Assembly (NCBI GenBank): GCA_963749075.1
Contig: CAVVLJ010000004.1
Coordinates: 192,001-256,000 of the forward strand
Direction of reading: 5' to 3'
DNA length: 64,000 nt
Origin: an uncultured Pseudomonadota bacterium
GTDB taxonomy: Bacteria > Pseudomonadota > Alphaproteobacteria > JACZXZ01
Under the pieces are notes generated by a model that searched no databases, was not told where the DNA came from, and was given only the letters and a program-made list of their open reading frames with translations. Shown piece by piece: positions 8,942 to 18,243 of this stretch. The position numbers were made by a program, and so were the translations under genes. Numbering within the stretch: the stretch's first letter is position 1; each line of letters opens with the position of its first letter.

Positions 8942-10834
8942 ATGGCGCAAATCACCGCGGACGAGGGCGCGGGACTTCGATCCAAGGCGCAGCAGGGACT
9001 GATCCTGGGCGCGCTGGGCGTCGTCTATGGGGATATCGGCACCTCGCCGCTCTACACGATCAAGCAGTGTTTCGACAGCGGCACGCCCTTGAGCCACGAG
9101 GCGGTGCTCGGCGTGCTCTCGCTCATCGCCTGGGCGCTCATCGTCGTGGTCGCCCTCAAGTACGTCGTCGTCATCATGCGCGCGGACAACCGCGGCGAAG
9201 GCGGCATCCTCGCCTTGACGGCGTTGGCGCTGCGCACGGCGAGCCGGCGCGGCAGGCGCCACCGCCTGATCCTCGCCGCCGGGCTGGTGGGGGCGGCGCT
9301 CTTCTACGGCGACGGGGTCATCACCCCCGCCATCTCCGTGCTCTCCGCGGTCGAGGGGCTCAAGATCGCGACCCCGATGCTCGATCCCTACGTGCTGCCC
9401 ATCACGGTGGTGCTGCTGGTTCTCCTCTTCCTCTTCCAGCGCCGCGGCACGGCGCGGGTCGGCAGCCTCTTCGGTCCCGTGATGGCCGTGTGGTTCGCCA
9501 CGATCGCCGTGCTCGGCGCCATCGAGCTTGCCATGCAGCCGAGCATCCTCCTCGCGCTCGATCCCAGCCACGGCATCCGCCTCCTCGCCGATCATCCGTG
9601 GCGCGGCTTCGTGCTCATGGGGGCGGTGGTGCTGGCGGTCACCGGCACCGAGGCGCTCTATGCCGACATGGGCCACTTCGGCCGCGGACCGATCCGCGCC
9701 ACCTGGTTCTGGATCGTCTTCCCGAGCCTGCTGCTCAACTATTTCGGCCAGGGTGCCTTGCTGCTGCGCACGCCCGAGGCGCTCGACAATCCCTTCTACC
9801 GCCTGGCGCCGGGCTGGGCCCTCTATCCGCTCGTGGTGCTCTCCTCCGCGGCGACCGTGATCGCCTCCCAGGCGGTCATCTCGGGCGCCTTCTCCATGAC
9901 GCGCCAGGCGGTGCAGCTCGGCTACCTGCCGCGCCTCAACATCCGCCACACGTCTGCGTCCGAGGCCGGGCAGATCTACGTGCCCAAGGTCAATTTCCTC
10001 CTCCTCGTGGCGGTGATCGCGCTCGTGCTCGGCTTCAAGTCCTCGGACAATCTGGGTGCCGCCTACGGCATCGCGGTGACCGGGACCATGTCGCTCACCA
10101 CCGTGCTGGCCTGCACCTACATGGTGGGCGTGGTCGGCTGGAAGCCGGTCATCGCCTTGCCGCTCTTCGGCTTCTTCCTCTTGGTCGACCTCTTCTTCTT
10201 CGCCGCCAACATGCTCAAGGTCGACCAGGGCGGCTGGTTCCCGCTGCTGGTTGCGGCCTTCCTCTACATCCTGATGTCGAGCTGGATGCGGGGCCGCGCC
10301 GTGCTGTTCTCCCAGCGCGGCAAGGACGCGCTGCCGCTCGACACCTTCCTCAAATCGATCCGGCCGGGCCACCCCGAGCGCGTCCCCGGCACCGCGATCT
10401 TCATGACCGGCAACATCGACCAGGTGCCGGCGGCCATGCTGCACAACCTCAAGCACAACAAGGTGCTGCACGAGCGGGTGGTGCTCATGACCGTGCACAC
10501 CGAGGACATCCCGCGCGTGACCGAGGAGCAGCGCGTCGCGATCCGCCACTTCGACCACAACTTCCACACCGTGTCGCTCCACTACGGCTTCATGGAGGAG
10601 CCCAACATCCCGCGCGCGCTGGCGCAATGCCGCGTGCTGCAGTTCCGCTTCAACCTCATGGAGACCTCCTTCTTCGTCGGCCGCGAGAAGATCGTGAAGG
10701 CCAAGCGCTCGCCCATCTCGCGCTGGCGCCAGGAGATCTTCATCCTGCTCTCCGGCACGATGGTGAGCGTCACCGACTTCTTCCGCATCCCGTCCAATCG
10801 CGTGATCGAGCTCGGCGGTCAGATCGAGGTCTGA
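8942..10834 (+). CDS. kup: Potassium uptake protein Kup
   Basis: GVVYGDIGTSPLY, RADNRGEGG, ALYADMGHFG, HNLKHNKVLH. Confidence 0.97.
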   Translation: MAQITADEGAGLRSKAQQGLILGALGVVYGDIGTSPLYTIKQCFDSGTPLSHEAVLGVLSLIAWALIVVVALKYVVVIMRADNRGEGGILALTALALRTASRRGRRHRLILAAGLVGAALFYGDGVITPAISVLSAVEGLKIATPMLDPYVLPITVVLLVLLFLFQRRGTARVGSLFGPVMAVWFATIAVLGAIELAMQPSILLALDPSHGIRLLADHPWRGFVLMGAVVLAVTGTEALYADMGHFGRGPIRATWFWIVFPSLLLNYFGQGALLLRTPEALDNPFYRLAPGWALYPLVVLSSAATVIASQAVISGAFSMTRQAVQLGYLPRLNIRHTSASEAGQIYVPKVNFLLLVAVIALVLGFKSSDNLGAAYGIAVTGTMSLTTVLACTYMVGVVGWKPVIALPLFGFFLLVDLFFFAANMLKVDQGGWFPLLVAAFLYILMSSWMRGRAVLFSQRGKDALPLDTFLKSIRPGHPERVPGTAIFMTGNIDQVPAAMLHNLKHNKVLHERVVLMTVHTEDIPRVTEEQRVAIRHFDHNFHTVSLHYGFMEEPNIPRALAQCRVLQFRFNLMETSFFVGREKIVKAKRSPISRWRQEIFILLSGTMVSVTDFFRIPSNRVIELGGQIEV

Positions 10835-10926
10835 GCGCGCGGCCGGAAACCCCTTTCAAATCAGCACTCCCGCGCATTATATAAAGCGACGGGGGGATGG
10901 CGGTGCTAGCTGCGGGGCGATGACCC

Positions 10927-11580
10927 ATGCGCCGGACTTGGCTCAAGCTCTTCGTTTCGACTGTCGTCCTCCTGCTCGCGCCGCAGGCGTTGCCGCGCGC
11001 GGCGCCAGGCGGTGCGGCTCCCGCGGCGGCAAACTCCCTCGCCGGCCAGCTGCTGATCGCCTCGCCCGAGATGGGCGACCCGCGCTTCCGGCATACGGTC
11101 ATCCTCATGGTGCGCCACAATAGCGAGGGCGCCTTCGGCATCGTCATCAATCGGCCGATCGAGGAGCGCTCGCTCGCGAGCCTGCTCGAGGCGATCGGTC
11201 AAAGCAGCACCGGAGTCGAGGGAAGCGTGCGCATCTTCGCGGGCGGCCCGGTGCAGCGCACGGTCGGCTTCATCCTGCACAGCAGCGACTATCACCGCTC
11301 CGGCACCGTCGATATCGACAGCCGCCTGGCGATGACCACCAGTCCGGACATCCTCCACGACATGGGCGTGCGCAAGGGGCCGAAGCAGAGCCTCGTCGCC
11401 TTCGGCTATGCCGGCTGGGGCCCCGGCCAGCTCGAGGGCGAGCTGCAGCGCCACGACTGGTTCACGGCGCCCGAGGATCCGAAGCTCGTCTTCGACGACG
11501 ATCGCGACCAAGTGTGGGACGACGCCATGGCGCGGCGCACGCTGGATTCTGAGGTGCGGGCACTGAGGTGCGGGCACTGA
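10927..11580 (+). CDS. YqgE/AlgH (DUF179) family protein with N-terminal signal-like extension
   Basis: LLIASPEMGDPRF, GIVINRP, GGPV, GYAGWGPGQLEGEL. Confidence 0.9.
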   Translation: MRRTWLKLFVSTVVLLLAPQALPRAAPGGAAPAAANSLAGQLLIASPEMGDPRFRHTVILMVRHNSEGAFGIVINRPIEERSLASLLEAIGQSSTGVEGSVRIFAGGPVQRTVGFILHSSDYHRSGTVDIDSRLAMTTSPDILHDMGVRKGPKQSLVAFGYAGWGPGQLEGELQRHDWFTAPEDPKLVFDDDRDQVWDDAMARRTLDSEVRALRCGH

Positions 11581-11604
11581 GGTGCGGGCTCTGAGGCGCG
11601 GGCC
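11549..11604. repeat. 14-bp tandem repeat CTGAGGTGCGGGCA x4 (last two copies degenerate)
   Basis: Units start at 11549, 11563, 11577 and 11591. Confidence 0.9.
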
Positions 11605-11746
11605 CGCGTGATCCGCCTTCACGCGACGGGGGACGAATTTGCGTTTGTCCCGAACGTTCCCGCGCCCCAATTGAGACTCTGTGCCGCCCCGCGGGGCCGG
11701 GCGCCTTCGGTGCTCGCCCGCACGACGGGGATCGAGGGGGGAAGCC

Positions 11747-12010
11747 ATGATCTCCATGTTGGGGAGCCTCATGTCCGCTCTTGCCGGGTTGCGCTCGGAG
11801 CATATCGCAGGCTGCGGCGGGCATGCCGGCGTTGCGCGGCTCGACCTTGAGGCAGCGCGGCGCGCGCGGGCGGAGAAGCGGGACCTGGAGCCCTATCTCG
11901 AGGCGGCGAGTCCCGGCGGCGGCAAGGCGCCCGGCCGGGGTGCACGCGGGCGCGCTCGGCCGCCTGCCGGCGGCGGCTGCACGGTGATCCGCTTTCGCAA
12001 GCGGGCCTAG
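11747..12010 (+). CDS. Small hypothetical protein
   Basis: GAGGGGG RBS before ATG; ends TVIRFRKRA; no family recognised. Confidence 0.4.
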   Translation: MISMLGSLMSALAGLRSEHIAGCGGHAGVARLDLEAARRARAEKRDLEPYLEAASPGGGKAPGRGARGRARPPAGGGCTVIRFRKRA

Positions 12011-12133
12011 GCTCCGGCGCCGCAGGGGCGGGGTGCGCTCCGCCTTGCCTGCGCCGGCAAAAAAGCCCATCTTTCCGGCGCGACGGAGGTCATCCGGCGG
12101 ACGTCGGCCAAGTCACCCAGCAAGGAGGGGATC

Positions 12134-12391
12134 ATGATCGCGAAAGACCGCATGAAACTGGTTGGTGCCATGACGTTGGTCGCGCTGGTGTCTTTCGGCG
12201 CAGGCACGTTCGCGCAAGTGCGCTACCCCGAGATCGTCCGCGCCGAGAACCAGCTCAACGGCGCCCTCAACGACCTCAATCATGCCCGCGATGTGTTTGG
12301 CGGGCACAAGCAGAACGCCGCGGGGTTCATCAACCAGGCGATCGGCGAGCTCGAGGCCGGCAAGCAGTTTGCCGCCCAGCACGGCTACTGA
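12134..12391 (+). CDS. Small secreted helical-hairpin protein
   Basis: AAGGAGG RBS, signal peptide ending TFA/Q, and FGGHKQNA turn between two amphipathic helices. Confidence 0.75.
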   Translation: MIAKDRMKLVGAMTLVALVSFGAGTFAQVRYPEIVRAENQLNGALNDLNHARDVFGGHKQNAAGFINQAIGELEAGKQFAAQHGY

Positions 12392-12521
12392 GCAGCGGCG
12401 CGGAAAACATTGCGGCCGAGCGGGCGGCCGTCGTCGCACCGGCGGGGCGCCTCGACGCGGTTCCCGGCGGGCTTCTCGCGAGGCAAGCCGGCGTTCGTCG
12501 GCCGAGGACCCGCATCCATGC

Positions 12522-15035
12522 CTATGGCGGCGGTCCCCCCGCGCCGCCTCCGCCGGCCGCAGGCTCGTGCGGCTCTACCGGCGTGCGCGCCTGGGCAAGC
12601 GCCCGCGCAACCGCCTCCGCGTTGCGCAGATTGACGTCGCGCTGCGGGAAGGGGATTTCGACGCCCGCCTCGCGCAACGCCTTGTCGATGGCGAAATAAA
12701 GATCGCTCGAGACGAAGGCGCGCTGCTCCACGTCGCCGATGAAGGCGCGCAGCTCGAACTGCAGCGCGCTGTCGCCGAACTCGGTGAACAGCACGTGCGG
12801 CTCCGGCCAGCTCAGCACCTGGCGGTGCTCGCGCGCGCAGGCGAGCAGCAGCTCGCGCACCCTCTCGGTCTCCGAGCCGTAGGCGATGCCGACCTTGATG
12901 TCCAGCCGCCCGTATTTGTCGCGGTGCGTCCAGTTGGTCACCGCACCCGAGAGGAGCTCCGAGTTGGGGATGATCACCGAGGCGCGGCGGAAGGTCTCGA
13001 TCTCGGTCGCGCGCACGCTGATGCGCGTGACGAAGCCCTCGTGCTGGCCGACCACGATCCAGTCGCCCACCTTGACCGGCCGCTCGATGAGGAGGATGAG
13101 GCCCGAGACGAAGTTGTTGACGATGTTCTGCAGCCCGAAGCCGATGCCGACCGAGAGCGCGCCCGCGATGATCGCCAGGTTGGACACGCTGAGGCCGAGG
13201 GTCGCGATGGCGAAGCCGGCGGCGGCGATGAAGCCGATATAGCCGACGAAGGCCGAGAGCGAATGGCGCACGCCGGGATCGAGCCGCGTCTGCGGCAGGA
13301 GCTTCTCGTTGAGCAGGCGCTGGAAGAGCCGCGTCGCGGTCCAGAAGGCGGCGAAGACCAGGATGGCGAGCAGGATGTCGCCGAGCGAGAGGCGGATGTT
13401 GCCCACCTCGACGCCGCGGAGAGCGCCTCCCGCCCACAGGCCGAGCGTGCTCGAGGGCACGCCCCACAGCCTGAGCGTGAGTGCGATGCCCGAGAGGATG
13501 AGGAGGAAGTCGAGCGCCGTCTCCGCCCAGAAGGCGAAGAGACGGCCGCCTTGCTCGCTCAAGGCGAGCGCGCTCCGCATGCGCGAGGCGGCCGGGCCGT
13601 CGGACGCCAGGAGCAGCGCCACGACCTCGCGCAGCATCGTGCGCAGCAGGAGGAAGGCCCCCACCACCAGGCCGGTGATCACGACGCGCGAGACGATATG
13701 CGCGGCGAGGTTGGCGTATCCGGAGAGCGCCAGGATGGGGACGGCCACGAGGGTGGCGGCGATGAGGAGGCGGAGCGCCGGCCAGAGCCAGCGCTTTCTC
13801 TCCGCTCGCTGCGCCGCCTCCGCCTCCGGCTCCGCGTCCGCCTTCGCCTCCGCCTCGGCGCTGCTGTCGATGCGCCACAGCCGGCGCTGCAGGAGCGCTA
13901 GGGTGAGGCCGGCGATGAGCGTGTCGAAGATGAGGCCGAGCAGGTTGAAGAGCTCGCGCGCATCGGCGCGCAGCGGATGGGTCGCGACGCCGATGACGAG
14001 GGTCACCGCCACGGCGGCGGCCAGTGCGGTAAGCCGGCGCGCCAGCGTGCGCGAGGCTTGCGCCTCGAACGGCACGATGCGCCAGCCCGGCGCATCGGGG
14101 GCGAGCGCCGCGCGCGCGAGGGCCGAGGTGAGCGAGAAGAAGGTGATGCCGACGAGGACGCCCTCGACCATGTCGGCGAAAAGTCCCGTCACGAGCTCCT
14201 CGCCGAGCAGCACCGCGATGAGCGCGACGAACCCGATCGCCGGCAGGAGGCCGCGCGCCAGCCCCTCGGCTCCCGCCGCGAGCACGCGCCGCGCATAGCT
14301 CGGCTCGGCGATGTCGAGGCGATGGCCGTAGCGCCTGAGGAACCAGTTGCGCAGAGGCCAGCCGACGCCGAGCGCCAAGAGGGCGAGGAGGGCGATCCAG
14401 CTGAGGTTGATCAACTCGAGCTGCGCGAACGGGCTCGAGCTCCACCACGCGACGGGCGCGCCGCCAAGCAGGCCGAGCACGTCGGCCAACTGACGCGCGG
14501 CCGCCTCGAGGACCGGGCGGGAGAACGGCGGCGCCTCGCGCGCGAGCAAGAGGCGGGCGAGCTGCTCGTTGCCGATGCGCGTGTTGTCGAGGTCGAGTGC
14601 CGCCGCGCGGGCGATGGTCAGATCGGCCTGCTTGACGCGCGAATCGTAGCGCGCGATCTCGTCGTTGAGCTGCTGGCGCTGACGCGCCACGTCGGGGAGC
14701 TCCGGCGGCTGGCCCTTGGCGGGCGGCGGGCCGAGCGCCGTGAGCTGGTCCGCCAAGGGCTTGCGCTGAGCGAGCGCGCCGGCGCGCGCGGCCGCGGCCG
14801 CCGTGCGCACGGCCGCCACCTTGGCGCGCAGCTCGTCGAGCGCTTCGCGTTGCGCCTCGGGGCCGCCGAGTGCTGTCTGTACGGCGTCGAGCGCCCGCCG
14901 CCATTCGTCGGCGACCAGGCTGAAGGCGTGCTGCTGCGCCTCCGCCGCCGCCGCCGCGGGCTGGGCGTGCGCCACCGGTGCCGCAAGTGCGAGCAGCAGA
15001 AGGGCGCATGCGATTGGGCGCAGGATAGGTGTCAC
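12522..15035 (-). CDS. Mechanosensitive channel MscS family, large DUF3772-type
   Basis: Signal peptide, coiled-coil N-terminus, GALSVGIGFGLQNIVNNFVSG, IPFPQRD; GTG start chosen. Confidence 0.92.
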   Translation of the reverse strand: MTPILRPIACALLLLALAAPVAHAQPAAAAAEAQQHAFSLVADEWRRALDAVQTALGGPEAQREALDELRAKVAAVRTAAAAARAGALAQRKPLADQLTALGPPPAKGQPPELPDVARQRQQLNDEIARYDSRVKQADLTIARAAALDLDNTRIGNEQLARLLLAREAPPFSRPVLEAAARQLADVLGLLGGAPVAWWSSSPFAQLELINLSWIALLALLALGVGWPLRNWFLRRYGHRLDIAEPSYARRVLAAGAEGLARGLLPAIGFVALIAVLLGEELVTGLFADMVEGVLVGITFFSLTSALARAALAPDAPGWRIVPFEAQASRTLARRLTALAAAVAVTLVIGVATHPLRADARELFNLLGLIFDTLIAGLTLALLQRRLWRIDSSAEAEAKADAEPEAEAAQRAERKRWLWPALRLLIAATLVAVPILALSGYANLAAHIVSRVVITGLVVGAFLLLRTMLREVVALLLASDGPAASRMRSALALSEQGGRLFAFWAETALDFLLILSGIALTLRLWGVPSSTLGLWAGGALRGVEVGNIRLSLGDILLAILVFAAFWTATRLFQRLLNEKLLPQTRLDPGVRHSLSAFVGYIGFIAAAGFAIATLGLSVSNLAIIAGALSVGIGFGLQNIVNNFVSGLILLIERPVKVGDWIVVGQHEGFVTRISVRATEIETFRRASVIIPNSELLSGAVTNWTHRDKYGRLDIKVGIAYGSETERVRELLLACAREHRQVLSWPEPHVLFTEFGDSALQFELRAFIGDVEQRAFVSSDLYFAIDKALREAGVEIPFPQRDVNLRNAEAVARALAQARTPVEPHEPAAGGGGAGGPPP

Positions 15036-15099
15036 CGCACGCTCGACGCTCGACGGGAAGGCGCCCTTCCTACACCCGCCCAAGGCGGCGAGTCACGCG

Positions 15100-15900
15100 T
15101 CAATCTGACGCGTCCCGCTGCTCGAAGGCGAAGGCGGCCATCGAAAGTGCGCCGTAGCTGAAGCTGTCGTGGAGCCGGCGGCCGCGCGCGCCGGCGCCGC
15201 CCGCGCCGAACGCGACGAAGAAGGGGAGGAAATGCTCCTCGCGCGGATGGACGCGGCGCGCCTCGGGTGCCAAGCGCCGGTAATCGGCGAGGCTCTTCTC
15301 GTCGCCCGCTTCGGCCGCGGCCGCCAGCCAGCGGTCGAAGGCAAGCACGTGGGGGAGCGGCGGCGCGTCCGCGGAGGAGCCGCGAAACTCGGCAAGATTA
15401 TGGGTGGCCCCGCCGCTTCCGAGCACGAGCACGCCCTCCCGGCGGAGCGCTGCCAGCGCGCGGCCGAGTGCCAGGTGGTGCGCGGGCCCCTGCGGCATCT
15501 GCACCGAGAGCTGGGCGACCGGGACGTCGGCCGCGGGATACATGAGAAGGAGCGGCACCCAGGCGCCGTGATCGAGGCCCTGCGCCGCATCCTCGGCGCA
15601 AGCGAAGCCCGCCGCCGCGAGGAGGCCGGCCGCGCGCGCAGCCAGCCGCGGGGCACCCGGTGCCGGATAGCCGAGCTCGTAAAGCGGGGCGGGAAAGCCG
15701 TAGAAATCGTGGATGGTCTCCGGCCGGGCGGCGCTGCTCACCATGGGCTCGCGCGTCTCCCAATGGGCCGAGATGCAGAGAATGGCCTCGGGCCGGCCGA
15801 GTGCGGCGCCGAGGCCTGAGAGAAAGGCGCGCGCAGGGCTCGCCGTCAGCGGCAAGGTCGGCGAGCCGTGCGAGACGAAGATGCTGGGGAGCGTGGTCAT
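15100..15900 (-). CDS. DODA/LigB-type extradiol dioxygenase (YgiD-like)
   Basis: SHGSP, SAHW, IHDFYGFP, GLDHGAW, GATHNL, HPREEH. Confidence 0.93.
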   Translation of the reverse strand: MTTLPSIFVSHGSPTLPLTASPARAFLSGLGAALGRPEAILCISAHWETREPMVSSAARPETIHDFYGFPAPLYELGYPAPGAPRLAARAAGLLAAAGFACAEDAAQGLDHGAWVPLLLMYPAADVPVAQLSVQMPQGPAHHLALGRALAALRREGVLVLGSGGATHNLAEFRGSSADAPPLPHVLAFDRWLAAAAEAGDEKSLADYRRLAPEARRVHPREEHFLPFFVAFGAGGAGARGRRLHDSFSYGALSMAAFAFEQRDASD

Positions 15901-16000
15901 TGCCTTGGCCTTGCCGGTCCTTGGAGCGCGATCCTAGCAAGTCGAAACCCGATCGTCGCCCCTGCGAAAGCAGGGACCCGGAGGAAGTGCTCGCTGCCGG

Positions 16001-16858
16001 TCATCGGCTCCCTCTTCCCGCCTCGGGCTCGGGTGCTTGCGGCGGGCCGGCGGCGAAGACCGGCTCGCCGGCGAGCCAGCGGCGCGCGGCGTCCGGCTCG
16101 GAGAGCGCCCTCAGGAGGGCCGAGGCCAGGTCGAGCGGCTCGAGCGCGCGGCCCGCGTCGGCGCTGCCGGCGAGGAAGGCCGCCCAGGACGCGATTGAAG
16201 ATCGCCCAGCGCATGGCATAGACGGGCGGCCGGACCTTCTCGCCCTGGGCGGCGCGGCGGCACGCCTCCGCATCCATGGATTCGAGCCCGCGGCAGCTGA
16301 GCGGCCGCGCCTCGTAGACGGTGCAGCGCTCATCCGCGAGCAGCGGACAGGGAAGCGAGACGGCGAGGCGCTCGTCCTTGCTCATGGCGGCGGCCTCGGC
16401 GCAGGCGCTGCCATGAGCCCGGCGCGCTCGGCGGCCGAGAAGCGGTCGCGCACGTGCTGGGCCAGGCGCAGCACTTCCGCGGGTGCCGCCAGCACGCTCA
16501 GATGACAGCAATGGCTGCAGCCGGCGCGGCAGGCGATCGGCCGCTCCGGCGGCGCCATGCGGCACCCCTCGGCGGCGAGGCTCTCGGCGAGCGCAGCGGC
16601 TTCCGCGGCGAGCGTCATGAGGTCGGCCGGCCGCGGCCCGCCGGCCATCGCCTCGCCCACGACCTCGCGGGCGGCGAGGCCGCAGCGCTCCGGGAACGCG
16701 AGCTCGGGCCGCTCGATGCCGAGGCTGTCGACGCGCTTGCCCGCGCGCGCCGCAGCGCCCTTGGCGAGGCTGCCGCGGAGGTGCTGCTCGCGGCTCGCGG
16801 CACTGCCCGCGCGCAAGGCGGCAAGCCGAGCCGCATCGGCGCTTCGATCCGCGCTCAT
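16001..16858 (-). CDS. YkgJ-type cysteine cluster (CxxxCxxCC) protein with two frameshifts
   Basis: IACRAGCSHCC in one frame, CPLL...CTVYEARPLSCR in a second, C-terminus in a third; shifts near 16405 and 16188. Confidence 0.75.
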
Positions 16859-16937
16859 GCTCGTTCCTCTCGTCCTGCCGCCGGGCGCAGGAATTATAGC
16901 AACGGTGGCGGCCCCGGTCGCGCCTCGCGGCGCTCGG

Positions 16938-17756
16938 TCAGCTCCCTGTCTGCCGCTTGAGGAAGGCCACGATGTCGTTCGACGGGATGGCAAGTCCGAC
17001 GGGCGGCTCCGGCTTGGCCTTGCTGCCGCCTTCGCCCAGGAGGAAGCTCGCGATCATGCCGATGACGCGGCCCTCGCGGTCGAGCACGGGCCCGCCCGAA
17101 TGCCCGGTCTCGATCGGCATGGCGAGTGCGATCGCATTGTCGTAGCCGTAGTCGTTGTATTGGATGCGCCGGGCGAGGCGCGGCTCGAGGATGCGGCCGA
17201 CGCTCACGATGCCGCCGTGATGCTTGGGCGTGCCGATGGCGAGCGCCGGCTCGCCCGCCGCGAGCTTGCTGCTGTCGGCGAAGCGTGCCGCCGCCATGCC
17301 GGGAAAGGGGGCGATCTTGATGAGCGCCAGCTCGCGCGCGCGCTCGACCGCGACGATGCGGCCCTCGTAGCGCCGGCCGTCGAGCGTCACCACCTCGGCG
17401 CGGAACCTGGTCGCGTTCGCGATGTGCGCCGCGGTCACCACATAGCCGCGCGCGTCCGCGATGAAGCCGCTCGCGAAATTGAGCACGTTGGAGGGCTCGC
17501 TTGCCGCCTCGCTCCTCGCACCCGCCGCCTCCTCGGCGATGACGCGCACGCGCACGTAGATGCCGGCGTTCTGCTCGGCGACCGCGCGGTAATCGGGAAA
17601 ATCGACGCCGGGTGCGGGGGCATAGGGAAAGCTGAGGGCCGCCGGCCGCTCGACGCGCGCGCCGTCCGGCGTCGCCTGAGGCGAGGCGCAGCCGCCGAGC
17701 AGGCCGAGCGCAAGCGCGAGCGCCGCGGCTCTCGCGCGCCTATACGAGCTGGTCAT
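16938..17756 (-). CDS. Trypsin-like S1C serine protease lipoprotein without PDZ
   Basis: Lipobox LLGGC, TAAH, GHSGGP. Confidence 0.85.
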   Translation of the reverse strand: MTSSYRRARAAALALALGLLGGCASPQATPDGARVERPAALSFPYAPAPGVDFPDYRAVAEQNAGIYVRVRVIAEEAAGARSEAASEPSNVLNFASGFIADARGYVVTAAHIANATRFRAEVVTLDGRRYEGRIVAVERARELALIKIAPFPGMAAARFADSSKLAAGEPALAIGTPKHHGGIVSVGRILEPRLARRIQYNDYGYDNAIALAMPIETGHSGGPVLDREGRVIGMIASFLLGEGGSKAKPEPPVGLAIPSNDIVAFLKRQTGS

Positions 17757-18027
17757 AGAGATCGTGCCAGTCCGGGTTTTGCGAGAGGATGAGGCGAACC
17801 TTCCAGGCACGCGGCCAGTGCTTCATGGTCTTTTCGCGTTGGATCGCGGCGCGGATGTCCTCATGACGCTCGGCAAAGACGAGACGCTTCAATCCATAGC
17901 GCTTTGTGAAACCATCCACCGCACCTTCGCGATGCTCCCATGCGCGTTTGAGAAGGTCGCTTGTAACACCGATGTACAGCGTGCCATTAGGCCGATTCGT
18001 CATGATGTAGACCCATCCGCCCCGCAT
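17740..18027 (-). CDS. Small GIY-YIG nuclease (UPF0213/YhbQ-like)
   Basis: WVYIM...TLYIGVT...RAWEH...AIQREK...NP motifs, 95 aa. Confidence 0.93.
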   Translation of the reverse strand: MRGGWVYIMTNRPNGTLYIGVTSDLLKRAWEHREGAVDGFTKRYGLKRLVFAERHEDIRAAIQREKTMKHWPRAWKVRLILSQNPDWHDLYDQLV

Positions 18028-18132
18028 GGGGCAAGTGTTGGCATGAAGCGTCGGCGCGGGCAACTGCCCTATGGTAAGCCGGGTCCCGTCGGTGTGGCCA
18101 ATGCGCGCATGGGCGTCTTAACGAGCTGGAAT

Positions 18133-18216
18133 CGTCATGGCCGGCGAAGGCCGGCCATCCACGCCTTACACCTGTCAGATTAGACGTGGATGGCCGCGAC
18201 AAGCGCGGCCATGACG
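18133..18216. repeat. Family A CGTC-tagged palindromic doublet (REP/REPIN-like), copy 1
   Basis: CGTCATGGCC...GGCCATCCACG-spacer-CGTGGATGGCC...GGCCATGACG; arms identical to copy 2 in reverse orientation. Confidence 0.92.
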
Positions 18217-18243
18217 GTTTAGCGAAAACTGCCGGAGCTATGA

